Assembly (NCBI GenBank): GCA_028714455.1
Contig: JAQTMG010000004.1
Span: 5,425 to 69,424 of the forward strand
Direction: 5' to 3'
Length of the DNA stretch: 64,000 nt
Origin: Patescibacteria group bacterium
GTDB lineage: Bacteria; Patescibacteriota; Patescibacteriia; CAIXNZ01
The position numbers were made by a program, and so were the translations under genes. Below the pieces are notes generated by a model. The model had not been told where the DNA came from, made no database searches, and saw only the letters and a list, made by a program, of their open reading frames with translations. Below are positions 56,174 to 64,000 of this stretch, one piece after another. Each line of letters begins with the position of its first letter. Positions within the stretch are counted from its first letter, which is position 1.

Positions 56174-56830
56174 ATGGCAAAAACTTCAACGCAACAATAT
56201 CTGGATATCGCCGAGATAAGAGACAACACGGTTGTGCTTAAAGACGGCACCTTAAGAAGCATAATTTTGTGTTCCAGCATTAATTTCGCCCTTAAATCAG
56301 AAGATGAGCAGAACGCCTTGATTATGGGCTACGTTGAATTCTTAAATTCGCTGGAACATCCGCTGCAGATAGTCGTGCAATCTAGGAAACTAGACATCGA
56401 AGAATATATAAATCGCCTGAAAGAAGCCGAGAAAAAACAAGCGAATGAATTATTACGGATCCAGATCAACAGCTATCTAGATTTCATTAATCAGCTGGTT
56501 GAGATTGGTGAGATTATGACGAAGCGTTTTTTTCTGGTTGTGCCGTACAATCCCTTGGGCAATAAGGGCAAAGGTTTTTTTGCGCGTTTAAAGGAGGCAT
56601 TTAGTCCCAGCGCCCAGATAAAAATAAAGAGAGAGAAATTTATTCAATATAAGCAAGAGCTGGATCAGCGAGTCGCCAATATACAATCATCCCTCAATTC
56701 GATGGGGCTCGACAGTGCTACTTTAGACACCCAGGGATTAATAGAACTTTTTTATAACATATATAACCCCAAGACCAGTCAGAATCAGAGGCTCCGTGAC
56801 GTGAGTCAGCTTGGAGTTGAAATCGTTTAA
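56174..56830 (+). CDS. VirB4/TraC N-terminal-like accessory protein
   Basis: STQQYLDIAEIRDNTVVLKDG, INFALKSEDEQ, FLNSL..PLQIVVQSR. Confidence 0.75.
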   Translation: MAKTSTQQYLDIAEIRDNTVVLKDGTLRSIILCSSINFALKSEDEQNALIMGYVEFLNSLEHPLQIVVQSRKLDIEEYINRLKEAEKKQANELLRIQINSYLDFINQLVEIGEIMTKRFFLVVPYNPLGNKGKGFFARLKEAFSPSAQIKIKREKFIQYKQELDQRVANIQSSLNSMGLDSATLDTQGLIELFYNIYNPKTSQNQRLRDVSQLGVEIV

Positions 56831-56839
56831 TATATTTTT

Positions 56840-58780
56840 ATGGCTCTACCCCTACCGACAGAGACAAATAAAACAGAGAATCAGGTTGAGGCTCAATTGA
56901 CGCCCAGCCAGCGAAGAGCGCAGGAAGCGGCCCAACTTAAGGCCGAGGCGATTACTCTTGAAGAGGAGCGAATTTACAGAAAGGGCGTCGTTGATATAAA
57001 GGATCTGATAGCTCCGGCTGCTTTTGAAGTCAAGCCGACTTTTCTGCTTTTGGGCGACACATATTTACGCACCTTTTTTGTCCTGAATTATCCGCGCTAC
57101 ATAAGCGTCGGCTGGTTTACGCCGATTATTAATTTTTCCAAGACTCTAGACGTCTCCATGTTTTTTTATCCCGTGAAATCGGACGTGATTTTAAAACAGC
57201 TTAAAAAAAGAGTCGGCAACATGGAGGCGCAGCTGATGACTGACCGTGAAAAAGGCGCGCCTCGCGATCCCATTCTCGAGACCGGTCTGTCCGACATAGA
57301 AAAACTTCGCGACGATCTGACTCAAGGAACAGAGAAATTTTTTCAGTTCGGCCTCTATATAACAATCTACGCCGATTCGATGGATGAGCTTGACAAGCTG
57401 ACTTCGGAGATAGAGTCGGTGCTGGGCGGCAAATTGATTTACAGCAAGAGAGTCTTTTATCAGGCCGAGCAGGGATTTAATTCCACTCTGCCGCTGGCCA
57501 ACGACGAGATCACGGTATCATTCAACATGAATACCTCGCCAGTCGCTTCGTCTTTCCCCTTTATCTCCTCGGAGCTGACTTCGGACGAAGGCATATTGTA
57601 CGGCATCAACAGACACAATAACAGCTTAATTCTTTTTGATCGCTTCTCTTTGCAAAACGCCAATTTTGCGGTTTTCGCCACGGCCGGCGCCGGCAAAAGC
57701 TACGCCATAAAGCTAGAAGTCCTGCGCAGCCTGATGCTCGGCTCCGACGTGATTATCATCGATCCGGAAAGAGAATATTTGCACCTGGCTGAAGCGGTGG
57801 GCGGCAGCTACATCGACATTTCTCTCTCTTCAAAAAGCAAGATTAACCCCTTTGATCTGCCGCGCGGCATCGGCGACGCTTCAACCGAAGACATAATCAG
57901 AAGCGCCGTTATAACTCTAAAAGGTTTATTGCGCATCATGCTCGGCAAGATGACGGTTGAGGAGGATAATATTCTCGACCGTGCTTTATTGGAGACATAT
58001 GCCAGCAAGGATATTACGGCCAATTCCGACCTCTCAACCGTTGAGGTGCCCGTGATGCAGGATTTACAAAATATTCTCGAAGGTCTGGAAGGAGCCAAGA
58101 GCTTAAGCCTGCGATTGAGAAAATATACGGAAGGAACTTTTTCCGGCCTTTTCAATAATCCCACCAACGTCGACATGAAAAATCAGCTGGTGGTTTTCAG
58201 CGTCAGGGATCTGGAAGACGAGCTAAGGCCGCTCGCCATCTACAGCATTATAAATTACATCTGGAATGTCGTGCGTTCTGAAATAAAGCGCAGAATTTTG
58301 GTGATTGACGAGGCCTGGTGGCTGATGACTCAAGAGGATTCGGCCAAATTCATTTACGCCCTGGTTAAGAGATGCAGAAAATATTATTTGGGCGTGACCA
58401 CCATAACTCAAGACGTCAACGATTTTTTAAATAGTCCTTACGGCAAAGCGATCGTCACTAATTCCGCGCTGCTTTTATTGCTCAAACAATCGCCGGCTTC
58501 GATTGATAACATCCAAAAGGTTTTTTTGCTGACCCAGGGCGAGAAATATCTTTTGCTGGAGGCGGGCGTTGGAGAGGGAATATTTTTCGCCGGTAGAAAA
58601 CACGCGGCAATTAAAATCGTCGCTTCTTACAGCGAGGATCAGTTGATCACCACCGATCCTAAACAACTTTTGGAAATTGAAGCCGCTAAGCGGGAATTTG
58701 AGCAGGCAGGCGGAAACGAAGAACAAAAACCGGCAGCTCCGGCCGCCAAAGCAGAGGGCGTTGAAGAAATGAAAATTTAA
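56840..58780 (+). CDS. virB4: VirB4-like type IV secretion ATPase
   Basis: Walker A ATAGAGKS, IIDPEREY, INPFDL, Walker B LVIDEAW, RCRKYY..TITQD. Confidence 0.88.
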   Translation: MALPLPTETNKTENQVEAQLTPSQRRAQEAAQLKAEAITLEEERIYRKGVVDIKDLIAPAAFEVKPTFLLLGDTYLRTFFVLNYPRYISVGWFTPIINFSKTLDVSMFFYPVKSDVILKQLKKRVGNMEAQLMTDREKGAPRDPILETGLSDIEKLRDDLTQGTEKFFQFGLYITIYADSMDELDKLTSEIESVLGGKLIYSKRVFYQAEQGFNSTLPLANDEITVSFNMNTSPVASSFPFISSELTSDEGILYGINRHNNSLILFDRFSLQNANFAVFATAGAGKSYAIKLEVLRSLMLGSDVIIIDPEREYLHLAEAVGGSYIDISLSSKSKINPFDLPRGIGDASTEDIIRSAVITLKGLLRIMLGKMTVEEDNILDRALLETYASKDITANSDLSTVEVPVMQDLQNILEGLEGAKSLSLRLRKYTEGTFSGLFNNPTNVDMKNQLVVFSVRDLEDELRPLAIYSIINYIWNVVRSEIKRRILVIDEAWWLMTQEDSAKFIYALVKRCRKYYLGVTTITQDVNDFLNSPYGKAIVTNSALLLLLKQSPASIDNIQKVFLLTQGEKYLLLEAGVGEGIFFAGRKHAAIKIVASYSEDQLITTDPKQLLEIEAAKREFEQAGGNEEQKPAAPAAKAEGVEEMKI

Positions 58781-58797
58781 TTATTAATAATTTAGAT

Positions 58798-59412
58798 ATG
58801 GCCAATCCAGATTCAAATCGAAGAAGAAGATTAATACTTTTGATAGTTTTGATTTTGTTGATTCTGATCATTAGCTTCGCCATTTATTATTTTTATTTTT
58901 TTCAGCAACTATCGCCGCTTTCGAATTCAAACATTCAGAATACCAACACCGCTCAAAATTTTAACACAAACGGCCTGCCGACGATTATCGCCAACGTGAA
59001 CATGACTCCGGCCCAGATTCAACAACAGGCGAATGAGAACGAGGTGTTGTTTTTTGCCATGCCTTTCGCGGAAAGATTCGGCACATTTTCTAACCAAAGC
59101 GATTTTGTTAATTTCAGCGAGTTAAAAAGCCAGATGACGGCAGCGACAATAAACTGGGTGCAAAATACTTATATTCCAAGCCTGATTAAACTGTATCCCA
59201 AATCAAGTTATTACGGCATTGAGACCAAGGCGCTCTCCAGCGACTTTAACTCGTTAGATGAAAATCAGGGCACCGCTGACGTGCTCGTGAAGACGCAGAG
59301 AATCGAGTATAAAGTCTCTCTCTCGAACCCGAGGATTTTTTATCAGAATATTCTTTTGAAATTAGTAAAAAGCGGCCAGATCTGGAAAGTGAATGGCGTT
59401 TATTGGCAATAG
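58798..59412 (+). CDS. Single-TM protein with NTF2-like C-terminus (VirB8/TcpC-like candidate)
   Basis: One TM, Asn-rich linker, FAERFGTFSNQ, terminal LVKSGQIWKVNGVYWQ; position after virB4. Confidence 0.6.
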   Translation: MANPDSNRRRRLILLIVLILLILIISFAIYYFYFFQQLSPLSNSNIQNTNTAQNFNTNGLPTIIANVNMTPAQIQQQANENEVLFFAMPFAERFGTFSNQSDFVNFSELKSQMTAATINWVQNTYIPSLIKLYPKSSYYGIETKALSSDFNSLDENQGTADVLVKTQRIEYKVSLSNPRIFYQNILLKLVKSGQIWKVNGVYWQ

Positions 59413-59413
59413 C

Positions 59414-60139
59414 ATGTCTTTTTTAGAAAAAATAAAAAATGTCATCCTGGATCTGATTTTCCCTAGGGAATGCATTGGCTGCGGAACCGAGGGTTCGTAT
59501 CTGTGTGGAGATTGTCAACGGAAAATAAAAATCAACAGAAATTTTTATTGTGTTGTCTGTAAAAAGCCGACTCATCTTCCAAGAATTTGCGAAGATTGCG
59601 GTAAAGAGTACCGCTTGAAAGCTGTTTTTGTGGCCGCTGATTATAATGACAAAGCTCTCCATGACCTGATTCATCTGCTCAAGTATAAATTTATCGAAGA
59701 GGCGAGTTCGGGCTTGGGTGAAATTGTAATAAATTATCTTGAACAAAATAAAATTTTCCAAAATTTTGATTTTGGGCCTGACAATACCGTCTTTGTGCCA
59801 GTTCCACTTCACCGAAAAAGATTTTTAAATCGCGGCTTTAATCAAAGTGATTTGATAGCGAATCACTTAAGTGAATTTTATAAAATTCCTAAAAAAGTTT
59901 TGATCTCGAGGATCAGAAACACGCAGAGTCAGGTGGAATTGAAAAAGTCGGAGCGACGAGAAAACGTCAGAGACGCCTTTATTCTTTCAGCAGATAAAAG
60001 TTTTGATAAAAATAAAAAAATCATCCTCGTGGATGATGTGGTTACGACAGGCAGTACCTTGAATGAATGCGCGAAAGTATTTTTAAAAGAGGGGTTTGTT
60101 GATGTTTACGGACTAGTCGTTGCGCAAAGGGAAGATTAG
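59414..60139 (+). CDS. comF: ComF family protein (double zinc ribbon + PRTase)
   Basis: DLIFPRECIGC..LCGDC, PVPLH..RGFNQS, LVDDVVTTGSTL; start placed at ATG 59414. Confidence 0.92.
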   Translation: MSFLEKIKNVILDLIFPRECIGCGTEGSYLCGDCQRKIKINRNFYCVVCKKPTHLPRICEDCGKEYRLKAVFVAADYNDKALHDLIHLLKYKFIEEASSGLGEIVINYLEQNKIFQNFDFGPDNTVFVPVPLHRKRFLNRGFNQSDLIANHLSEFYKIPKKVLISRIRNTQSQVELKKSERRENVRDAFILSADKSFDKNKKIILVDDVVTTGSTLNECAKVFLKEGFVDVYGLVVAQRED

Positions 60140-60141
60140 TC

Positions 60142-60493
60142 CGGAGAGGGGGATTCCGCTCATCTTTAAACCGATCTTAATTAGAATTAAGATAGTAAAA
60201 GCGCCTGGGCTCGCTGTGCCCTTGGCACATCGCTCGCCCTTCGAAACCCAACGCAAGCAAAGCAGTTTGCTTGCTCCCCTTGAAAGTTTTTTAAATATTT
60301 CGGAGGTTTAAAAATTCGGAAGGGGTGGGATTCCGCTCATCTTTGAGACGATTTTAATCAAAATTATGATAGTAAAAGCGCCTGGGCTCGCTGTGCCCTT
60401 GGCACATCGCTCGCCCTTCGAATCCCAACGCAAACAAAGCAGTTTGTTTGCTCCCCTTGAAAGTTTTTTAAATATTTCGGAGATTTAAAAATT
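60142..60493 (-). repeat. Two ~177-bp tandem units, each ending in a tRNA-Ser 3' end
   Basis: Units start at 60142 and 60317, with a third tRNA end at 60494; near-identical internal sequence with hairpins. Confidence 0.9.
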
Positions 60494-60758
60494 CGGAAGG
60501 GGTGGGATTCGAACCCACGGTCCCGTTGCCAGGACTCCAGTTTTTCTGCGACCCCGCACCGTTTTCTTACGGAAAAACGGAAGGGGTGGGATTCGAACCC
60601 ACGGTCCCGTTGCCAGGACTCCAGTTTTCAAGACTGGTACATTCGACCGCTCTGTCACCCTTCCCTTTCGTTTTTCCATAAGATTATTTGATATTTTAAA
60701 ATACTTGCAAAATTGGTGCGGGGCAGGCTGGTACATTCGACCGCTCTGTCACCCTTCC
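60494..60758 (-). pseudogene. Split outer tRNA-Ser copy (5' half 60728-60758, 3' half 60494-60544) enclosing an intact copy
   Basis: Both halves are identical to the inner tRNA; the break is at the anticodon loop. Confidence 0.85.
60578..60664 (-). tRNA. tRNA-Ser(TGA)
   Basis: GGAAGGG acceptor, CCAGT-CTTGAAA-ACTGG anticodon arm, long variable arm, GTGGGTTCGAATCCCAC. Confidence 0.95.
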
Positions 60759-60800
60759 CTAAATTCGCTATTGGTTAATCGGCCCGGAAAATCAACTGGG

Positions 60801-60892
60801 CGGAGAGGGGGGGATTCGAACCCCCGCGCCGGCTAAAACGCCGACCTACAGGTTTAGCAAACCCGCCCCTTCAGCCTCTTGGGTACCTCTCC
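60801..60892 (-). tRNA. tRNA-Ser(GCT)
   Basis: GGAGAGG acceptor, CGGGT-TTGCTAA-ACCTG anticodon arm, long variable arm, GGGGGTTCGAATCCCCC. Confidence 0.93.
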
Positions 60893-60911
60893 AAAGCCTG
60901 CTTATTTACAA

Positions 60912-60940
60912 ATTTTACTATAAAAAAATCAAAAAGTCAA
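60912..60940 (-). promoter_or_regulatory. Promoter of the tRNA-Ser cluster
   Basis: Minus strand TTGACT-17 nt-TAAAAT. Confidence 0.65.
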
Positions 60941-60961
60941 ACTAACATTTCATTTTAAAAT

Positions 60962-61462
60962 ATGGCAGAAAAAAACGAAAATACGCGAGGCGACTTTGGG
61001 GAAATCTTCTTTCAATGGCATACCCCAGAGTTTACAAGATATCCCAGGGGCTGGTCCTGGTATCTGTTAACCATCGTTATCGGTCTTGTTTTGATTATTT
61101 ACAGCATTTTCACGGCCAATTTTTTGTTTGCCCTGATTATTATTTTGGCCGGCTTTATTGTGTTTCTGAAAAGCTACAAGCAGCCGGTCGACTTGCTTTT
61201 TCAGATTACGGAGAGCGGCCTGGTACTTGGCAATCAATTTTTCGATTACGACAGAATTAAGAATTTCTATTTTATTTATGACCCTCCGGTTGTAAAAAAA
61301 CTTTTTTTTAATCTTAAGGGCCTCGCTCCCACAGTCTCTATACAGCTTAATGATAAAAATCCTCTGCTCGTGAGGGAGAGGCTGTTAAAATATTTGAAGG
61401 AAGATGTAGACAAAAAACATCAGGCTCTGGATGATCAGTTGGAATCGATATTGAAACTTTAA
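60962..61462 (+). CDS. Conserved hypothetical two-TM protein with PH-like C-terminus
   Basis: W.TPEF..R..WY, two TMs, FQITESGL. Confidence 0.75.
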   Translation: MAEKNENTRGDFGEIFFQWHTPEFTRYPRGWSWYLLTIVIGLVLIIYSIFTANFLFALIIILAGFIVFLKSYKQPVDLLFQITESGLVLGNQFFDYDRIKNFYFIYDPPVVKKLFFNLKGLAPTVSIQLNDKNPLLVRERLLKYLKEDVDKKHQALDDQLESILKL

Positions 61463-61473
61463 CCAGCATTTAA

Positions 61474-61505
61474 AATAAAGGAGATTTTTAACATCTCCTT
61501 TTATT
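61474..61505 (+). terminator. Intrinsic terminator
   Basis: AAAGGAGAT..ATCTCCTTTT. Confidence 0.7.
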
Positions 61506-61512
61506 ATTAGTC

Positions 61513-61541
61513 TTGATTTTTTCGTAAAAAAATAGTACCAT
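61513..61541 (+). promoter_or_regulatory. Probable promoter for tRNA-Arg/recG
   Basis: TTGATT-17 nt-TACCAT. Confidence 0.5.
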
Positions 61542-61557
61542 TTGACCATTAGCTCTC

Positions 61558-61656
61558 GAGCAGATAAAAGTCTATGTGGCAATGCGCTTGATTCGTTTTT
61601 ACACAAGAAATAAAAATATAAGTTTAGGCATGGATTACATAAACTTTTATCTGCTC
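61558..61656. repeat. tRNA-5'-abutting palindromic element, copy E3
   Basis: GAGCAGATAAAAGTCTATGT / ACATAAACTTTTATCTGCTC; CAGATAAAAGTCTATGTGGCAATGCG is identical to E1 on the minus strand. Confidence 0.85.
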
Positions 61657-61704
61657 TCGTAGTTTCCGCCAAAGGCGGACCCGCCTCCGGCGGGCAACGG
61701 ATAG
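61653..61704 (+). pseudogene. 5' fragment of tRNA-Arg interrupted by a GC-rich mini-palindrome
   Basis: GCTCTCGTAGTT[TCCGCCAAAGGCGGACCCGCCTCCGGCGGG]CAACGGATAG versus intact GCTCTCGTAGTTCAACGGATAG. Confidence 0.8.
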
Positions 61705-61719
61705 TAAAAATATAATCTA

Positions 61720-61791
61720 GCTCTCGTAGTTCAACGGATAGAATATGGGTTTGCGGAACCCAGGATTGAGGTTCGATTCCTCACGAGAGCA
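61720..61791 (+). tRNA. tRNA-Arg(GCG)
   Basis: GCTCTCG/CGAGAGC acceptor, TGGGT-TTGCGGA-ACCCA anticodon arm, TGAGGTTCGATTCCTCA. Confidence 0.92.
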
Positions 61792-61794
61792 CAA

Positions 61795-63861
61795 ATGTAT
61801 CCTCTTAATACTCCAATAGAAAAACTGACCAGAGTTGGCAAAGCGACGGCCAGGTATTTAAAGGCGCTTGGAATTTTTACTGTTTTTGATTTGATCTATA
61901 ATTTCCCCTTTCGCTATGAGGATTTTTCTCATCTGGCGAAAATTAAAGATTTAAAACTTGGACAAATCGTCACGGTCAGGGGAAAAATTATTCTGATCAA
62001 AAATAGACGCAGTTATCGAAGAAGGATGTATATTACCGAAGCATTGATCGGGGATGAAACAGGCGATATCAAAGTTGTCTGGTTTAATCAGCCGTTTCTG
62101 ACAAAAAATCTGAAAAGCGGCGATGGGATTTTTATCTCGGGTAGGGTTGACGCCGATAATTTATTGAGCCCGCAATTTGTTTCGCCGAGCTACGAAAAAA
62201 TAAACGGCGCTAAAAGTTTGAATACGGCCAAGATTGTTCCGATTTATTCATTGAGCGGAAATTTAACCTTGAAACAATTACGTTTTTTGGAAAATCTGGC
62301 ACTTGGTTCGATTAAGCTGGTGAAAGAATGGTTGCCCAAAAATATTTTACAGAAAAACAAGCTATTATCACTAACTTCAGCTCTTGAGGAGATTCATTTC
62401 CCTAAAAATTTTAAGAGTTTGGAAAAAGCGCGTTATCGTTTAAAATTTGACGAGCTTTTTTTAATTGCCCTACAGAGTCAAATAATCAGAAGATATTTGG
62501 CTAAAAACCAAGCGCCTGGTATTGAGTTTAAAGAAAAGGATATTAAAAATTTTGTCAGTTCGTTAAGCTTTCAACTGACAAATGACCAGAAAAAAGCAGC
62601 TTGGCAAATACTTTTAGATATGCAAAAAGAAACGCCCATGAACCGTTTGCTTGAAGGTGACGTGGGCTCTGGCAAGACGATCGTCGTCGCTTTGGCCGTT
62701 TTGAACACGGTTTTAAACGGTTATCAGGCAGTCTTTATGGCGCCAACTGAAATTCTGGCCAAGCAGCACTTTCAAACCTTCAAAAAATTACTAACGCCAA
62801 GAAACGTAAAAATCGCGCTTTTGAGCGGCAGCGAGAAAAGTCTTGGTGACAGTTTTGATGTACCCGGAAACAAATTAATGAAAGTAATAAAAAATGGCAG
62901 GGCAGACTTGGTTATTGGTACGCATGCTCTTATTCAAGAAAAAGTTGAATTTAATAATTTGGGCCTGGCCATAATTGATGAACAGCATCGTTTTGGCGTG
63001 GAGCAACGTAAAAAATTAAAAGATAAGAGCGAAAAATTGACGCCGCATTTTTTATCCCTGACCGCCACCCCCATACCGCGTTCACTGGCCCTGATTTTTT
63101 ATGGCGATTTGGATTTATCAATAATTCGTGAAATGCCAGCCGGCCGCAAAAAAATTATCACCAAATTAGTTAGTGAAGCCAACCGGTCCAAGGCTTATCA
63201 TTTTATTAGAGCGGAAATAAAATCCGGCAGGCAGGTTTTTGTCATCTGCCCCCTGATTGACCCGTCAGACAAGCTGGGAGTCAAATCAGTCACCGATGAA
63301 TTCAAAAAATTGAGCAAGCAGATTTTTCCTGATTTAAAAATAGGATTACTTCACGGCAAATTAAAAGCTGAAGAGAAAGACGGGGTCATGCGGGAATTTA
63401 AAGAAAATAAAATCCAGATTTTAGTTTCCACTTCGGTTATTGAAGTTGGTATTGATATTCCTAATGCGACAATAATGATGATTGAAGGGGCTGACAGATT
63501 TGGCTTGGCGCAGCTGCATCAATCTCGCGGTCGCGTGGGCAGGGGAGAACATCAGTCGTATTGCTTTTTGTTCACTGATAACGATTCCGAAAAAACAGCA
63601 GAAAGATTATCGGCTTTGCTAAAATCCAATGACGGTTTCAGGCTGGCTGAATACGATTTGAAATTTCGCGGGCCAGGTGAGGTTTACGGCCTAAGGCAGT
63701 CGGGTCTGCCTGATTTTAAAATCGCCAGTTTAGGCGATATAGATTTGATAAATCTGACAAAATATGAAGCTGGAAATTTTTTGGACAGATATGACATTAA
63801 TGATTTTCCAGAATTAAAAGTTAAGCTAGATGAAATAAAAATTATTGACCACCCAGAATGA
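61795..63861 (+). CDS. recG: ATP-dependent DNA helicase RecG
   Basis: Wedge/OB domain, RLLEGDVGSGKT, IDEQHRFG, TATPIPR, RFGLAQLHQ.RGRVGRG, RGPGE. Confidence 0.97.
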   Translation: MYPLNTPIEKLTRVGKATARYLKALGIFTVFDLIYNFPFRYEDFSHLAKIKDLKLGQIVTVRGKIILIKNRRSYRRRMYITEALIGDETGDIKVVWFNQPFLTKNLKSGDGIFISGRVDADNLLSPQFVSPSYEKINGAKSLNTAKIVPIYSLSGNLTLKQLRFLENLALGSIKLVKEWLPKNILQKNKLLSLTSALEEIHFPKNFKSLEKARYRLKFDELFLIALQSQIIRRYLAKNQAPGIEFKEKDIKNFVSSLSFQLTNDQKKAAWQILLDMQKETPMNRLLEGDVGSGKTIVVALAVLNTVLNGYQAVFMAPTEILAKQHFQTFKKLLTPRNVKIALLSGSEKSLGDSFDVPGNKLMKVIKNGRADLVIGTHALIQEKVEFNNLGLAIIDEQHRFGVEQRKKLKDKSEKLTPHFLSLTATPIPRSLALIFYGDLDLSIIREMPAGRKKIITKLVSEANRSKAYHFIRAEIKSGRQVFVICPLIDPSDKLGVKSVTDEFKKLSKQIFPDLKIGLLHGKLKAEEKDGVMREFKENKIQILVSTSVIEVGIDIPNATIMMIEGADRFGLAQLHQSRGRVGRGEHQSYCFLFTDNDSEKTAERLSALLKSNDGFRLAEYDLKFRGPGEVYGLRQSGLPDFKIASLGDIDLINLTKYEAGNFLDRYDINDFPELKVKLDEIKIIDHPE

Positions 63862-63863
63862 GG

Positions 63864-63892
63864 TTGACAAATTATAAAAAGTTTGCTAAATT
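63864..63892 (+). promoter_or_regulatory. Sigma70-type promoter
   Basis: TTGACA-17 nt-TAAATT with extended TG. Confidence 0.55.
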
Positions 63893-63951
63893 TTTTATAT
63901 ATAAAAAATCGGTTCTCTGATAAACCCAAACCCAAAGGAAGGAGGAAGCTG

Positions 63952-64000
63952 ATGTCGAAACGGGAAACGCAAAGCGGAAACAGAGGAGCCCTCACCAAAA
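63952..64000 (+). CDS. Start of an unknown CDS (runs off window)
   Basis: AAGGAGG RBS, then ATG TCG AAA CGG..., open to the edge. Confidence 0.5.
   Translation, partial: MSKRETQSGNRGALTK

Noticed and set aside
17529-58883. Numerous 60-140 aa antisense or alternate-frame ORFs inside large genes
   Set aside because: Fully nested in well-supported CDSs, with no motifs or RBS
60142-60664. Possible CRISPR array (recurring CGGAAGGGGTGGGATTC)
   Set aside because: The repeat is a tRNA 3' end, the intervening sequences are long and near-identical rather than unique spacers, and no cas genes are present
60545-60727. Self-splicing intron in the tRNA-Ser anticodon loop
   Set aside because: The insert is mostly a tRNA copy with no recognisable group I/II core, and the outer halves lack the anticodon bases
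60120-60736. ORF-track entries 60120-60311 and 60485-60736
   Set aside because: Translations of tRNA and repeat sequence
44434-60760. Integrative conjugative element inserted at tRNA-Ser
   Set aside because: No integrase or relaxase, no matching att repeat at the left side, and comF and rsmA are core genes in continuous context
63950-64000. c-di-GMP-I riboswitch-like words (GGAAAC, GCAAAG)
   Set aside because: No supporting stems; better explained as a CDS start after a strong RBS
1-64000. Alternative genetic code (UGA=Gly) as in Gracilibacteria/Absconditabacteria
   Set aside because: Genes are full length under code 11, recG ends in TGA, and prfB with its UGA frameshift site is present

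Overview
This is a low-GC chromosomal segment, most likely from a Patescibacteria (CPR, Parcubacteria/ABY1-like) genome using genetic code 11. The taxonomy is inferred from gene content: a short Rel, VirB2-like pilin fusions, a PrgI/VirB4 locus without a relaxase, Asn-rich linkers, and AT-rich leaders lacking SD sequences. Housekeeping genes include parAB, rel, topA, dprA, pth, der, lepB, hisS, rpsU, ybeY, dgkA, ftsA, ftsZ, nrdR/nrdD/nrdG, ogt, prfB (with its +1 frameshift), rsmA, comF, recG and five tRNAs. Two large surface-protein loci sit among them. The first (17.5-32.8 kb) has VirB2/TrbC-like pilin domains fused to very large Ig/IPT/LamG/Cys-rich ectodomains. The second (44.4-59.4 kb) has a 2091-aa Cys-rich protein followed by VirB6-like, PrgI, VirB4 and VirB8-like genes, next to comF. 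The most unusual non-coding signals are three. (1) An ORF-poor gap at 6.48-6.75 kb holds two complete sigma70 transcription units whose short RNAs are mutually complementary. (2) A family of small palindromic elements sits at or inside tRNA genes, including an intact tRNA-Ser nested inside a split copy of itself. (3) A structured 130-nt leader lies at 10.3 kb. The ORF track misses two real small genes: the detached glycyl-radical tail of NrdD (39101-39241) and a 47-aa CxxC/CxxC protein (40364-40507). All family assignments come from motif recognition by eye, not from database searches.
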